A stretch of DNA of 64,000 nucleotides from Heterodontus francisci (lineage: Eukaryota): the NCBI RefSeq assembly GCF_036365525.1, contig NW_027140453.1, positions 1,426,001 to 1,490,000 of the forward strand, read 5' to 3'. Below, in pieces: positions 12,412-23,118 of the stretch; the stretch's first letter is position 1, and each line of letters opens with the position of its first letter. The translations under genes and the position numbers were made by a program. A model generated the notes under the pieces. It did no database searches and had not been told where the DNA came from. It was given only the letters and a program-made list of their open reading frames with translations.

Positions 12412-12902
12412 CTGACTCCAGGCACAGAAATATAGGGCTGAGTGATTCTCCCACATGCTGATGGACTCCAGGTTGAACTGGGAGCCAGTCGGTCTCTTGG
12501 CGTTGAAACCCTCCACCGTCCCCTCAGAGTTCACACCTAGTGTAGCTGCGGAGTAAAACATCAGCCGTGGCTCCTTCCCCGGTCCTGTCTGTACCAGAAC
12601 ATGGAACCGCTACTCTCATCCTCCACACGGCACTCCAGTCCCACTCCCTCCCCAGGAAATCTGGAGACAGCGGTGGGAGTCTGTCGGACCCTCGCTGAGA
12701 TTGCGCCTGGGGGAAGAGACCGGGAGAGAAGAAAGTCAGTGAACATGGACAATCTGGGATGTGAAGAATGAAGGAAGGAGAGAAAGATAGAGAGAAAGAA
12801 AATAAGAAAGAGAGCTGTTAATAATAACAATGGGGGTGGGGGAGGTGGTGAGAAAGATCCCTTACTTTGAAATAAGACCATGAGACTCAGTAACAGATAC
12901 AT
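12412..12902 (-). pseudogene. TRBV: TCR V pseudogene V4 (TRBV-like, CAWS family) with 1-nt frameshift in FR2
   Basis: Leader 12902..12866 MYLLLSLMVLFQ with GTAAGG donor. V exon 12706..12412 reads AISARVRQTP...LECRVEDESSGSMFWYRQDR/(-1)/KEPRLMFYSAATLGVNSEGTVEGFNAKRPTGSQFNLESISMWENHSALYFCAWS. Confidence 0.88.
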
Positions 12903-13942
12903 CTTCCACTGGAAGCTTATCCTGCAAATGGTAAATCAGTGGAAAGAAGAGAGTTGAGTCTTGTGAGGAGCCACATGTAGACTCAAGCAAGTGATTCAGG
13001 TTTGCACAACACCTCCCTCCCTGATGGGGAACCCACGCCCCTCTCTCTACCATTGGCTGCCAGAAGTTGCTGTTGCATTTGCTGGTATCATTCTGCTGCT
13101 GAGGTTGTTGTTGTATTTGCTGGTGTTTTTCTCCGACTGAGGTTGTTGAATTTGTTGGTGTTTGAATCTCCTGCTGATCTATTGTTGAATTTGTTGGCCT
13201 TGTTCTCCTGCTGAGGTAGTTGTTGTGTTGGTTGGTGTTTTCCCTGCTGAGGTTTTTGTTGTACTTGTTGTTTTCTTCCCTGCTTAAATTGTTGTTCAAT
13301 TTGGTTTTTCCATGCTGAGGTTGTTGTTGTATTTTTGGTGTTTTTCTTTCCCTGCTGAGGTTATTTTCTCTTTTTTACTTCATTCATGGGATTTTGGGCG
13401 ATGCTGGTTGAGGTCAGCATTTATTGTCCATCCCTAATTGCCCCTTGAGAAGGTGGTGGTGAGCTGCCTTCGTGAACCACTGCAGTCCATGTAGTGTAGG
13501 TACACCCACAGTGCTGTTAGGAAGGGAGTTTCAGGATTTTGACCCAGCGACAATGAAGGAACGGTGATATAGTTCCAAGTCACGATAGTGTGTGACTTGG
13601 AGGGGAACTTGCAGGCGATGGTGTCCCCATGCGTCTGCTGCCCTTGTCCATCTAGTTGGTAGAGGCCGCGGGTTTGAAAGGTGCTGTCGAAGGAGCTTTG
13701 GTGCATTACTGCAGTGCTTTTTGCAGCTGGTACATACTGCTTCCACTGTGCGTCGGTGGTGGTGGGAGTGAATATTTAAGGTGATGTTTGTTTAGTTAGA
13801 TTCCCCCAGCAGCTGTGGTGAGATTTGAACTCCTGTGCTCTGGATCATTCAGTCGAGGCCTCTGGATTACTAGTCCCAGTAACATCACAGCTATACTACC
13901 ATACCCCCAGAGACTGGGGTAAGGTGTATTACATCATTCCCG

Positions 13943-13981
13943 AGTTTTTGCCGTGTTTCCTTGCATTCTAGTTACACTGTG
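13943..13981 (-). promoter_or_regulatory. 23-RSS of V5
   Basis: CACAGTG (13981..13975), 23-bp spacer, GCAAAAACT (13951..13943). Confidence 0.93.
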
Positions 13982-14457
13982 TGTGTACTTGTGAGCCCCG
14001 CAGTAGTAAGTGATGTTGTCTTGTGCACGGGAGCTTTTCAAGGACAGAGTCAAAGTGTTGGCTTGAGTCTCGTGCTGGGTTTCAATCCTTTTCCTGCATT
14101 TAGATGCAGAAAGTACAATCTATCTAATCCATTCCAGGCAGTCACCAATCTGCAAGTACCAGTCCATACCAGTCATGTTGCCCTGCCCAATACTGCTGTG
14201 GAACGTGGTTTCCTCCCTGGGAACCAGGGCGTTGGCCGCCGGGGACTGCAGAACCATCTAACATCTAACAAGATTCTTCACACAGGATGGCAGATCAATG
14301 GGGAGAGAACGATAGTGGGTTACAGGGAGGGACAGAGGCAAAAGCAGAAGAAAGGGATTAAGAAGGAGACAAAATAATTTCCTCCAGTCATGCTGCTGCC
14401 TTCACACTTATATTTGCTCTGCAGGTTAAGCCTAATTATAAATCAGATTTATTGCAT
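13982..14457 (-). pseudogene. TCR V pseudogene V5 (paralog of V3)
   Basis: 14257..13982 reads MVLQSPAANALVPREETTFHSSIGQGNMTGMDWYLQIGDCLEWIR*IVLS...NTLTLSLKSSRAQDNITYYCGAHKYT. TAG shared with V3, Cys23->Ser, decayed leader 14457..14412. Confidence 0.85.
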
Positions 14458-14809
14458 TGATAAAACTATAAATGCGCCAGACCCGGAAGGATGAACACAA
14501 ACCAGCTCAGTCTGCATCTGAGAAAGAGGAAAATTGGTAATGTTTCAGGATGATACTCTGTTAAAAGAATCCTAACTGCTGTTCACATCAAGGAACAGTA
14601 AATTATTTCAGTTTGGTTGACGAGCTGATGATGTATAACAATGCATAAAGTAACTATTACGAACATTAATTTCATCAACAATGGTACCAAATGGGGATAG
14701 TGGTGTTTCCTGTCTTAAAGGTGGAAAGCAGGAATATGGAATGGCAAGGAATCATGACCACTATCTCCGAATAACACTTCAGTATCTTCTGTCAGCAGAT
14801 CTCTAACTA

Positions 14810-15130
14810 GTTTGGTTTAGTTTAGAGATACAGCACTGAAACAGGCCCATCGGCCCACCGAGTCTGTGCCGACCATCAACCACCCATTTATACTAATCCG
14901 ATACCAATTCCATATTCCTACCACATTCCCACCTGTCCCTATATTCCCCTACCACCTACCTATACAAGGGGCAATTTATAATGGCCAATTAACCTATCAA
15001 CCAGCAAGTCTTTGGCATGTGGGAGGAAACCGGAGCACCCGGAGGAAACCCACGCAGACACAGGGAGAACTTGCAAACTCCACAAAGGCAGTATCCAGAA
15101 TTGAACCCGGGTCGCTGGAGCTGTGAGGCT
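14810..15130 (-). mobile_element. 5'-truncated V-SINE (HE1-like)
   Basis: Reverse complement of the 10221 element; absent from the paralogous site near 9240. Confidence 0.85.
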
Positions 15131-17596
15131 GGATCTGTGAGATTCGTTTCAGAGGAGGAGGCTCGTTATAAGCAATGTGATCAAACCGCCCCTGCTGCTG
15201 TGGAAACTGCAGACAGGTCGAATAACCACTGTCACTGGCATTGTATTCCTTACAGAGCACCCTCTGGCCACATCATACCAACAAAATCTTAGAGGGCAAC
15301 AGAGCTGGACAGGCAGAGGCCATCCCAGGGAACCCCACATAGGGAGAGATAAAGAACGAGTGAGAGAGAGAGGACAGCTGAGAGGGAGCAAGGGAGAGGT
15401 AGAGTGATGCAGAGACACAGAGAGAGACAGACTGATCGGCAAAGCCACTGAGAGATGGAATGATTCAGGAAAAATAAGTTAGACAGAGAGAGAGAGAGAG
15501 AATGAGAGATATAGTGACAGATAGAGAGAATGAAGCAGTAGGAGGTGTAGAGTCAGACAAGGAGAGACAGAGACAGAGCGATACAGAGGCAGAAAATGAG
15601 AGGAGATTGTAAGAATTAATGAGAGAGAGAGAGAGAATAAGAGTGAGTGTGTGTGAGAGAGAAATGGAGACAGACAGCAAGAGTAAGCGAGGAAATGAGA
15701 GGCGGGAAAGAGAGGGGAAGGAAAGAAGAGAGTGAGATAAAGAGAGAGAATGAGATTGGGTGTGTGTGTGAGAGACAGAAAGAGCAACAGAGCAGAGAGG
15801 AAATGAGAGAAGGAAGGAGAGACAGTGATAAAGAGAGAGAATGAGAATGTGTGAGAGAGGAAAGATAACAAGAGCAACAGAGAGAGAGAAACAGACATGA
15901 AGAGAGAGAGCAAGGAAACAATTTTACTGAACTATGTTAACCTTTTTTAAAATCAATATTGGTGAAGTCTGCTGTTCCCCTGGAGGAGAAACCCCCCCAA
16001 AAATACAAAAGCAACTGCAGCAGAATAAAAATCCTAACAAATTGAACAATAACTTCAACAGGAGTAAAAAAAAAACAACAATAAATTCAGCAACAACCTC
16101 AACAAGAAAGACACAAACAAATTCAACAACAACCTCAACAGGAAATAGCACAAATAAATACAACAACTTCAACAGGAAAAAGCACAAACAAATTCAACAA
16201 CAACTTCAACAGGAAAAACACCGACAAGTTCAACAACAAATTCAAATGGGAAAATACCAACAAATTCAACAACAACTATAACAGGAGAAAAACACCTCCA
16301 AGTTCAACAACAAACTCAACAGGAAAAACACCAACAAATTCAACAACAACCTCAACAGGAAAAACATCAACAAAGTCAACAACTTCAGTGGGAGAAAACA
16401 CCAACAAAGTCAACAACAACTTCAGCAGGAGAAAAACAGCAAATTCAACAGAAACTTCAGCAGGAGAAAAACACCAACAAATTCAACAACAACTTCAGCA
16501 GGATCTGCACGTTGTCTGTTCATGGGATCTTGCCTTTTAGAAAGTGGCTGCCACTGTTCCTACATTACAGCAGTGGCCGTACTTCGAAACAGTAGCAAAG
16601 AATATGGGAATAGCAAAACATGCGAGATCTTGGGCTTCATAAATAGAGCCATTGAGTGCAAAAACTGGGAAGTTATGCTGAACATTTATAAAGCTCTGGT
16701 TAGGCCACAACCGCAAAATTGCATCCAGTTCTGGTCACCACACTTTAGGAAGGAGGTGAGGTTCCTTGAGAGGGTGCAGAGGAGATTTACCAGAATGGTT
16801 CCAGGAATGGAGGATTTTAGTTACAAGGTAAGGTTGGAGAAGCTGGGGTTGTTCTCCCTGGAGAAACTGAGATTGCGTGGAAACCTGAGGGAGGTGTACA
16901 AGATTGTGACAGGTTTAGATAAAGATTACAAAGAAAAGCTGCTCCTCACCCAGGAGTCAGTCCCCAGCTCCACTGACTGGTCCCACACTGTTGGTGTTCC
17001 TGCTCTTCGCTCCAGCTGCAGGGAATTTACAGCCCGACACGTCCTTGCCGACCTTTTTGGTCCACACGAACGTCGTTCCACGCCCTCTTCATCTCGCCCC
17101 CAGCCACATCTCCTTCTGTTCCTCTCTCCCTCATGTCCTATCCAACTGCCCCCCTCCCCCCCAGCTTAAATACATCTTCCCTATTCCTCTCATCCTGTGG
17201 TACTGAGTTCCACATTATCCCCACTCTCTGGGTGAAGATGTTTCTCTCAAATTTCCAATTAGATGTATTTGTGACTGTCTTATATTGACGCACCTGCCCC
17301 CTGTTTTTACTGGTCTCACCCGCAAATGCAAACATTTTTCTCTACATTTATCTGATCAAGACCCCTTTCATAATCTTAAATAGCTCTATCAGGTCACTCC
17401 TCAGCCTTCTCTTTTCTAGAGGAAAGAGCCCCAGTCTGTTCAGTCTTTTCCTGATCATTATAACCTCTCAGTTCTCGTATCATCCCTGAACATCTTTCTG
17501 TGTCTTCTGATGTCGAAGACATGTTCACACTGCAGTAGGTAAACCAAACAGGATACAGAGCTGCAGGCTTTTATCTGAAACAGGTGTTTCTATTGG

Positions 17597-17635
17597 TGTT
17601 TTTGTTGAACTGCTCCATCTCTCTGAGTTACTGTG
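17597..17635 (-). promoter_or_regulatory. 23-RSS of V6 (variant heptamer)
   Basis: CACAGTA (17635..17629), 23-bp spacer, ACAAAAACA (17605..17597). Confidence 0.85.
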
Positions 17636-17845
17636 CAGACTCCAGGCACAGAAATGCACGGCCGAGTGATCCTCCCACAGGCTGGAGGACTCCAGGTTGA
17701 ACTGGGCGTCAGTCGGTCACTTGGCGCTGAAACCCCCCCCCCCCCCCCCCCCTCCCCCACCGTCCCCTCTGAAATCACACTTGGTACAGCTGGGGAGTAA
17801 AACATTATTTTGAAATAAGACCATGAGACTCAGTAACAGATATAT
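17636..17845 (-). pseudogene. TCR V pseudogene V6 (paralog of V4; intron and 5' half of V deleted)
   Basis: Leader 17845..17809 (ATG->ATA) is fused almost directly to MFYSPAVPSV...; poly-C run at ~17733-17758; in-frame TGA; ends FCAWS. Confidence 0.85.
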
Positions 17846-19655
17846 CTTCCACTGGAAGCTTATCCTGCAATTGGAAAATCAGTGGAAAGAAGAGAGTTGA
17901 GTCTTGTGAGAAGCCACATGAAGATTCAAGCAAGTGATTCAGGTTTGCACAACACCTCCCTCCCTGATGGGAATCCTACGCCCCTCTCTCGACCATTGGC
18001 TGCCAGTAGTTGTTGTTGCATTTGTTGGTATAATTTTGTTGTATTTGTTATTGTATTTGCTGGTGTTTTTCTCCAACTGAGGTTGTTGAATTTGCTGGTG
18101 TTTGAATCTCCTGCTGATCTGTTGTTGAATTTGTTGACGTTGTTCTCCTGCTGAGGTAGTTGTTGTTTTTGTTGGTATTTTCCCTGCTGAGGTTTTTGTT
18201 GTACTTCTTGTTTCCTTCCCTGCTTGAGTTGTTTAATTTTTTTTATGTTGAGGTTGTTGTTTTATTTTGGAGTTTTTTCCCTGCTGAGGTTATTTTCCGT
18301 TTTTTAACTCATTCATGGGATTTTGGGCGATACTGTTTGAGGCCAACAATTATTGTCCATCCCTAATTGCCCCTTGAGAAGGTGGTGGTGAGCTGCCTTC
18401 TTGAACCGCTGCAGTCCATGTTGGGTGGGTACACCCACAGTGCTGTTAGGAAGGGAGTTCCAGGATTTTGACCCACAGTTAGTGAAGGAACGGCCGATAT
18501 ATTTCCAAGTCAGGATGGTGTGTGACTTGGAGGGGAACCTGCAAGTGGTGGTGTTCCCATGCATCTGCTGCCCTTGTCCTTCGAGGTGGTAGAGGCTGCG
18601 GGTTTGGAAGGTGTTGACGGAGGGAGCCTTGATGCATTGCTGCAGTGCATCTTGTAGATGGTACACACTGCTGACACTGAGCATCAGTGGTGGAGGGAGT
18701 GAATGTTTGTAGATGGGGTGCCAATCAAGCGGGCTGCTTTGTCCTGGACGGTGTCGAGCTTCTTGAGTGTTGTTGGAGCTGCACCCATCCAGGCAAATGG
18801 ACAGTATTCCATCACACTCCTGACTTGTGCCTTGTAGATGGTTAACAGGCTTTGGGGAGTCAGGAGGTGAGTTACTCGCTGCAGGATTCCTAGCCTCTGA
18901 CCTGCTCTTGTAGCCACAGTATTTATATGGCTACTCCAGTTCAGATTCTGTTCAATGGCAATCCCCAGGATGTTGACAGTGGGGGATTCAGCGATGGTAA
19001 TGCCATTGAATGTCAAAGGGAGATGGTTATATTCTCTCTTGTTGTAGATGGTCAATGCCTGGCACTTGTGTGGCGCGAATGTTACTTGCCACTTATCAGC
19101 CCAAGCCTGGATGTTGTCCAGGTCTTGCTACATCTGGAAACAGGCTGCTTCAGAATCTGAGCTGTCGCGAATGATGCTGACCATTGTGAAATCATCAGTG
19201 AACATCCCCACTCTGACCTTATGATTGAAGGGAATTTCATTTATGAAGCCGTTGGAGATGGTGGAACAGGACGTACCCGGGGATGGCGATAGCGAGGTCT
19301 GTGACATTGTCTGTAAGGCATGATTCCTTGAGTATGACTATGTCAGGTTGTTGCTTGACAGCTCTCCCAACCTTGGCACAAGGCCCGAAATGTTGGTAAG
19401 GAGGACCGTGCAGATTCAACATGTTGTTGCATCTGCTGCTGTTTTTCACCTGCTGAAGTTGTCTTTGTTGCTTTTCTCCTCCTGACGCACTTCTTGAATT
19501 CTGTTGGTGTTTTTTTCTCCTCCTGACATTGGTTGGTGAGCTTTTTTTTGCCAACGTTGCTTCTGAATTTGTTGGTGTTTTCCCTCGCTGAGGCTGTTGT
19601 TGAATTTGTTGATGCTTTTCGTGCTGAGGTTTTTGTTGTGTTTGTTGTATTGCCC

Positions 19656-20085
19656 GGAGGAGGTTACAGAGATAGGGAGGGTTGTAGGGCTGGAGGAGGT
19701 TACAGTGATAGGGAGTATTGTAGGGGCTGGAGGAAGTTACAGAGAGAGGGAGGGTTGCAGGTCTGGAGGAGGTGACAGCGATAGGGAGGGTTGTAGAGCT
19801 GGAGAAGGTTACAGAGATAGGGAGTATTGTCGGGGCTGGAGGAGGTAACAGAGATAGGGAGGGTTGTCGGGGCTGGAGGAGGTTACATCGATAGGGAGAG
19901 TTGTCGTGTCAGGAGGAGGTTACTGAAATAGGGAAGCTTGTAGGGGGCTGGAGGGGGTTATGGAGATATGGAGGGTTGCATTACCTTAAGCAGGATACAG
20001 ACATAGGGAGGATTGGAGGAGCTGGAGGAGGTTACAGAGAGAGGGAGGGTTGCAGGGGCTGGAGGAGGTTACAGAGACAGGGATA
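19656..20085. repeat. ~37-bp minisatellite (GGAGGAGGTTACAGAGATAGGGAGGGTTGTAGGGGCT)
   Basis: Tandem units; expanded paralog at 48303-49605. Confidence 0.9.
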
Positions 20086-20939
20086 ATTGTCACTGTTCAT
20101 CGAGTGTACTCAGTGTTAACCCCAGTATCATTCTGGTGAATCTCAGCTGTATCTGGTCTCAGGCAAACAGCTGCTTGTTGAGGAAGGTGCCCAGACTGTG
20201 TGCAATATTCCAAATGTAGTCTAACCAGAGCCTCCTACAACTGTGGCATTACCTCCAAACCCTTTGCATTGTAGCTTCATCCATTAATCACACGTTCCAC
20301 AATGCATGACTGGATGCACGCATACACCACACACACTCTCCCAACCCTCTCTCTCTCCCACCCCCTCTCTCTCCTCAGTTTGTTTGACTATGTTGTTAGT
20401 TGTGCATCTTTGTCCTTTAGCTGATCTTATCTGTGCCTCTGATATGAAGAGTCTATTGTTCTCAGTCCTTGACAAACACAACAGCTTCCTGCTTTGCAAA
20501 AGTTGACATTTTCCTAGTTGACACACGGCACAACATTCAAATCTGTTAGTCCCAGGGAATGCAAATATCAAAGCCGGCTCAGAAGAGCTAATGGGCCCAT
20601 TGTGGGACTGAATGAATATCTGACAACCTGGCATGGACACAGGGGCACTGACAGAATCAGCAATCCAGAGAGAATGGAAACTGTGGAAACTATCAGGGAC
20701 GAGGCGTTGGACATGGGCTGGTTTTAACTGAGATGCACATTCAGACGCCCCTTTTCACAGGCAGTGTAACATTGAATAACAATGTGCTGCAAGGTGATTG
20801 TGATTACTGAGGGGACAGTGACATTGTGATTCTGTCACAGGAATATTATCTAGAACCCTGGACTGACTGCACTGCCCAATGCGCTAATGATCTAACAGAG
20901 AAATGTGGGGACAGACGAATCCCACCCCATCAGAAACAA

Positions 20940-21640
20940 ATCCTCGAATAGTCCAACAGAGGGAGGCCATTCGGCCCATCGAGGGTTTGTCATCTCTTTC
21001 GAAAATCAACCCAGTTAATCCAACTCCCCACACTTTCACACATAATTCCCTCATTTAATTCCCCTTCAAGTGTTGAGCCAATTCCCTTTTTGAATAATAC
21101 CATTGAATTTCCACCACCCTATCAGACATTGCCCTCCAAATCCAAACCACTCATGATATTAAAAAACATTTATCCTCATGTCACCTCTGGTACCTTTGCC
21201 CATCACATTAAAGATGTGCCCTCTGGTGATCTATCGAATCTCCCCTTAACCTTCTCTACTCTAAGGAGAACTCCCCTTTCTAGCCCAGTCTTTTTACTTG
21301 ACTGAAATTCCTCACCAACTGAACCATCCGAGAAATTTTCTTTTGCATCCTCTCCAAAGCCGACAGGTCTTTCCCAAAGTGTGGTGCCCAGAATTGGGCA
21401 CAATGTTCCAACAGGGACCGAACTGGTGTTTTATACAGGTTTGGCATGACTCCCGGACTTTTGTACTCGACCTCTCTATTTCCAAAGCCCAGACTGGAAT
21501 ATGATTTATTAATCGCTTTCTCAACCTCCTCTGCCACCTTTAAATATTCCTGCACAAGCCCCCCCAGGTCTCTCTGTTCTTGCACCACTTCACAAATTGT
21601 TTTGTTTCATCTCTCCTCATTCTTGCAGTCAAAATCAAAC
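20940..21640 (-). mobile_element. CR1 LINE 3' fragment (paralog 50460-51160)
   Basis: VQEQRDLG...NLYKTPVRSLLEHCAQFWAPHFGKD. Confidence 0.8.
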
Positions 21641-22499
21641 ATATCAAAGACTAATCCCACCCATATCTGGGACAAATTACCTGCTTATTATTATTCGGTC
21701 AGTCATGGACAATGGTCTGCCAGTAACTCTATAAAGTTTACATGCAACACTTTTCCTTCCAAAAAACAACATCCTCGGTGGTTCTTGTATTGGAGTTTAT
21801 ACCTGAAGCCCACTGCTATCTCAATGTTGGCAGTTGAGGAGCAGTCAGTGACTGAGACATTAACATCTGGTCAGGGACCCCTCACAATATCCCATGTCCT
21901 GAATACTCAAACACTCTCTCACTGAGAAATTTATGTCCTCCTCATTCTGGTTTGTATGTGTTACTAACGCTGTATCTGTGCTATTTCGGAGATGGTATCA
22001 CTGTCGCTGATGTGAGGATTTCATTGTTCTCATTCTGTGACTATATTCTGAAAAACACAATCATTTACTTTAACCCCATCGACCTCAAGGAGGAAAATGG
22101 AAGTCCGATCATTTGTCTCTCTGGAACATCTTGTTTCTCTGCCCCCTCTCATCATCCCCCCAATACTGACCCACTACTGATAAGAGAGGCATGTCTCCTG
22201 TGAATATTCTCTCCCTAATACTTAATGCCTATGAAAGATCAAATATACACAGCCAACTGGCAAATACTAACTATAATATTCAGAGTCCCAGCCCCAGGCT
22301 CCAATCTCCCTACACACTCTCTGTTGGGTAACTGAAGACAAGTTATGTTACAACAGCAAAGCCCCGTGGGTTAGCATGGTCCCAGGAGAAATATTAATTT
22401 GGTTTATTATGGCAGCTACTTTAACCAAAAGGCCTTCGTTTGCATAGATTATGTAATGTCATTCATCATTACTAAATGTTAATATTTCAGCCAACCAGC

Positions 22500-22652
22500 A
22501 CTGCAGTCAATCCGTCGTGGTGTATATAGGAGTTGGAGCTGACACTGAGACTGACACTGTTCACAGCAGAGTGGACCCGAGACTGAGGAGCAAGCAGCTG
22601 GAACTGAACCGACAACATCTCCCACCCAGTGACACCTCCATTGGAGACTCTG
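22500..22652 (+). promoter_or_regulatory. Candidate TATA promoter and non-coding first exon of D8C gene copy 1
   Basis: TATATA 22523-22528 with CAAT just upstream; strong donor TG|GTAAGC at 22653; next acceptor TTCCAG at 23102 precedes the ATG exon; layout conserved in copy 2. Confidence 0.55.
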
Positions 22653-23118
22653 GTAAGCAGTCGGGTATGGGAGGACTGTTAGAAAAAGCAAAGGAGTTTG
22701 TCACTTGCTAGGTATTGACCCAGGGGGTGTGTGTCCTGCTTCTCCTGAAACAACACCATCTCCATGAATAACCTTTGTCAGAAATTCAAAGAGGTTTGTT
22801 TCAGGGATGCAGGAGACAGACCTGGAGGAGAGAGTCAGGAACACATGTGGTTTATTCATAAAAGCTTTGGAGAGTGGAAAGGGTGAAGGATTGGAGTCAA
22901 GTTCCTGATGTTTAACAAGAACATGTAGCTGAGCTCACCTCTGTCTGTAAGAGCCCCAGTGAGAGAGAGATAATTAGATGGAGCTCACCTCTCTAAAACA
23001 GATATACTGACAAACTCCTCGGCAACTCCCTATTTAATATTCCCTCCAATTTCCCTACTCGGTAATCTCTCTCAAATGTTTGTCTTGTGTTTCCCTTTCC
23101 AGAATCTCAGCCAGTAAG

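Larger units (their letters stand above)
7880..18700. repeat. ~5.2-5.5 kb tandem duplication (V3+V4 unit and V5+V6 unit)
   Basis: Collinear matches such as heptamers 8456/13975 and 12405/17629, plus shared AG-rich, AAC-rich and CR1 blocks. Confidence 0.9.

Noticed and set aside
12707-12865. V4 leader intron is stop-free, in frame and encodes a hydrophobic stretch
   Set aside because: Pyrimidine-rich composition explains it; splice sites are canonical and the V is frameshifted downstream.
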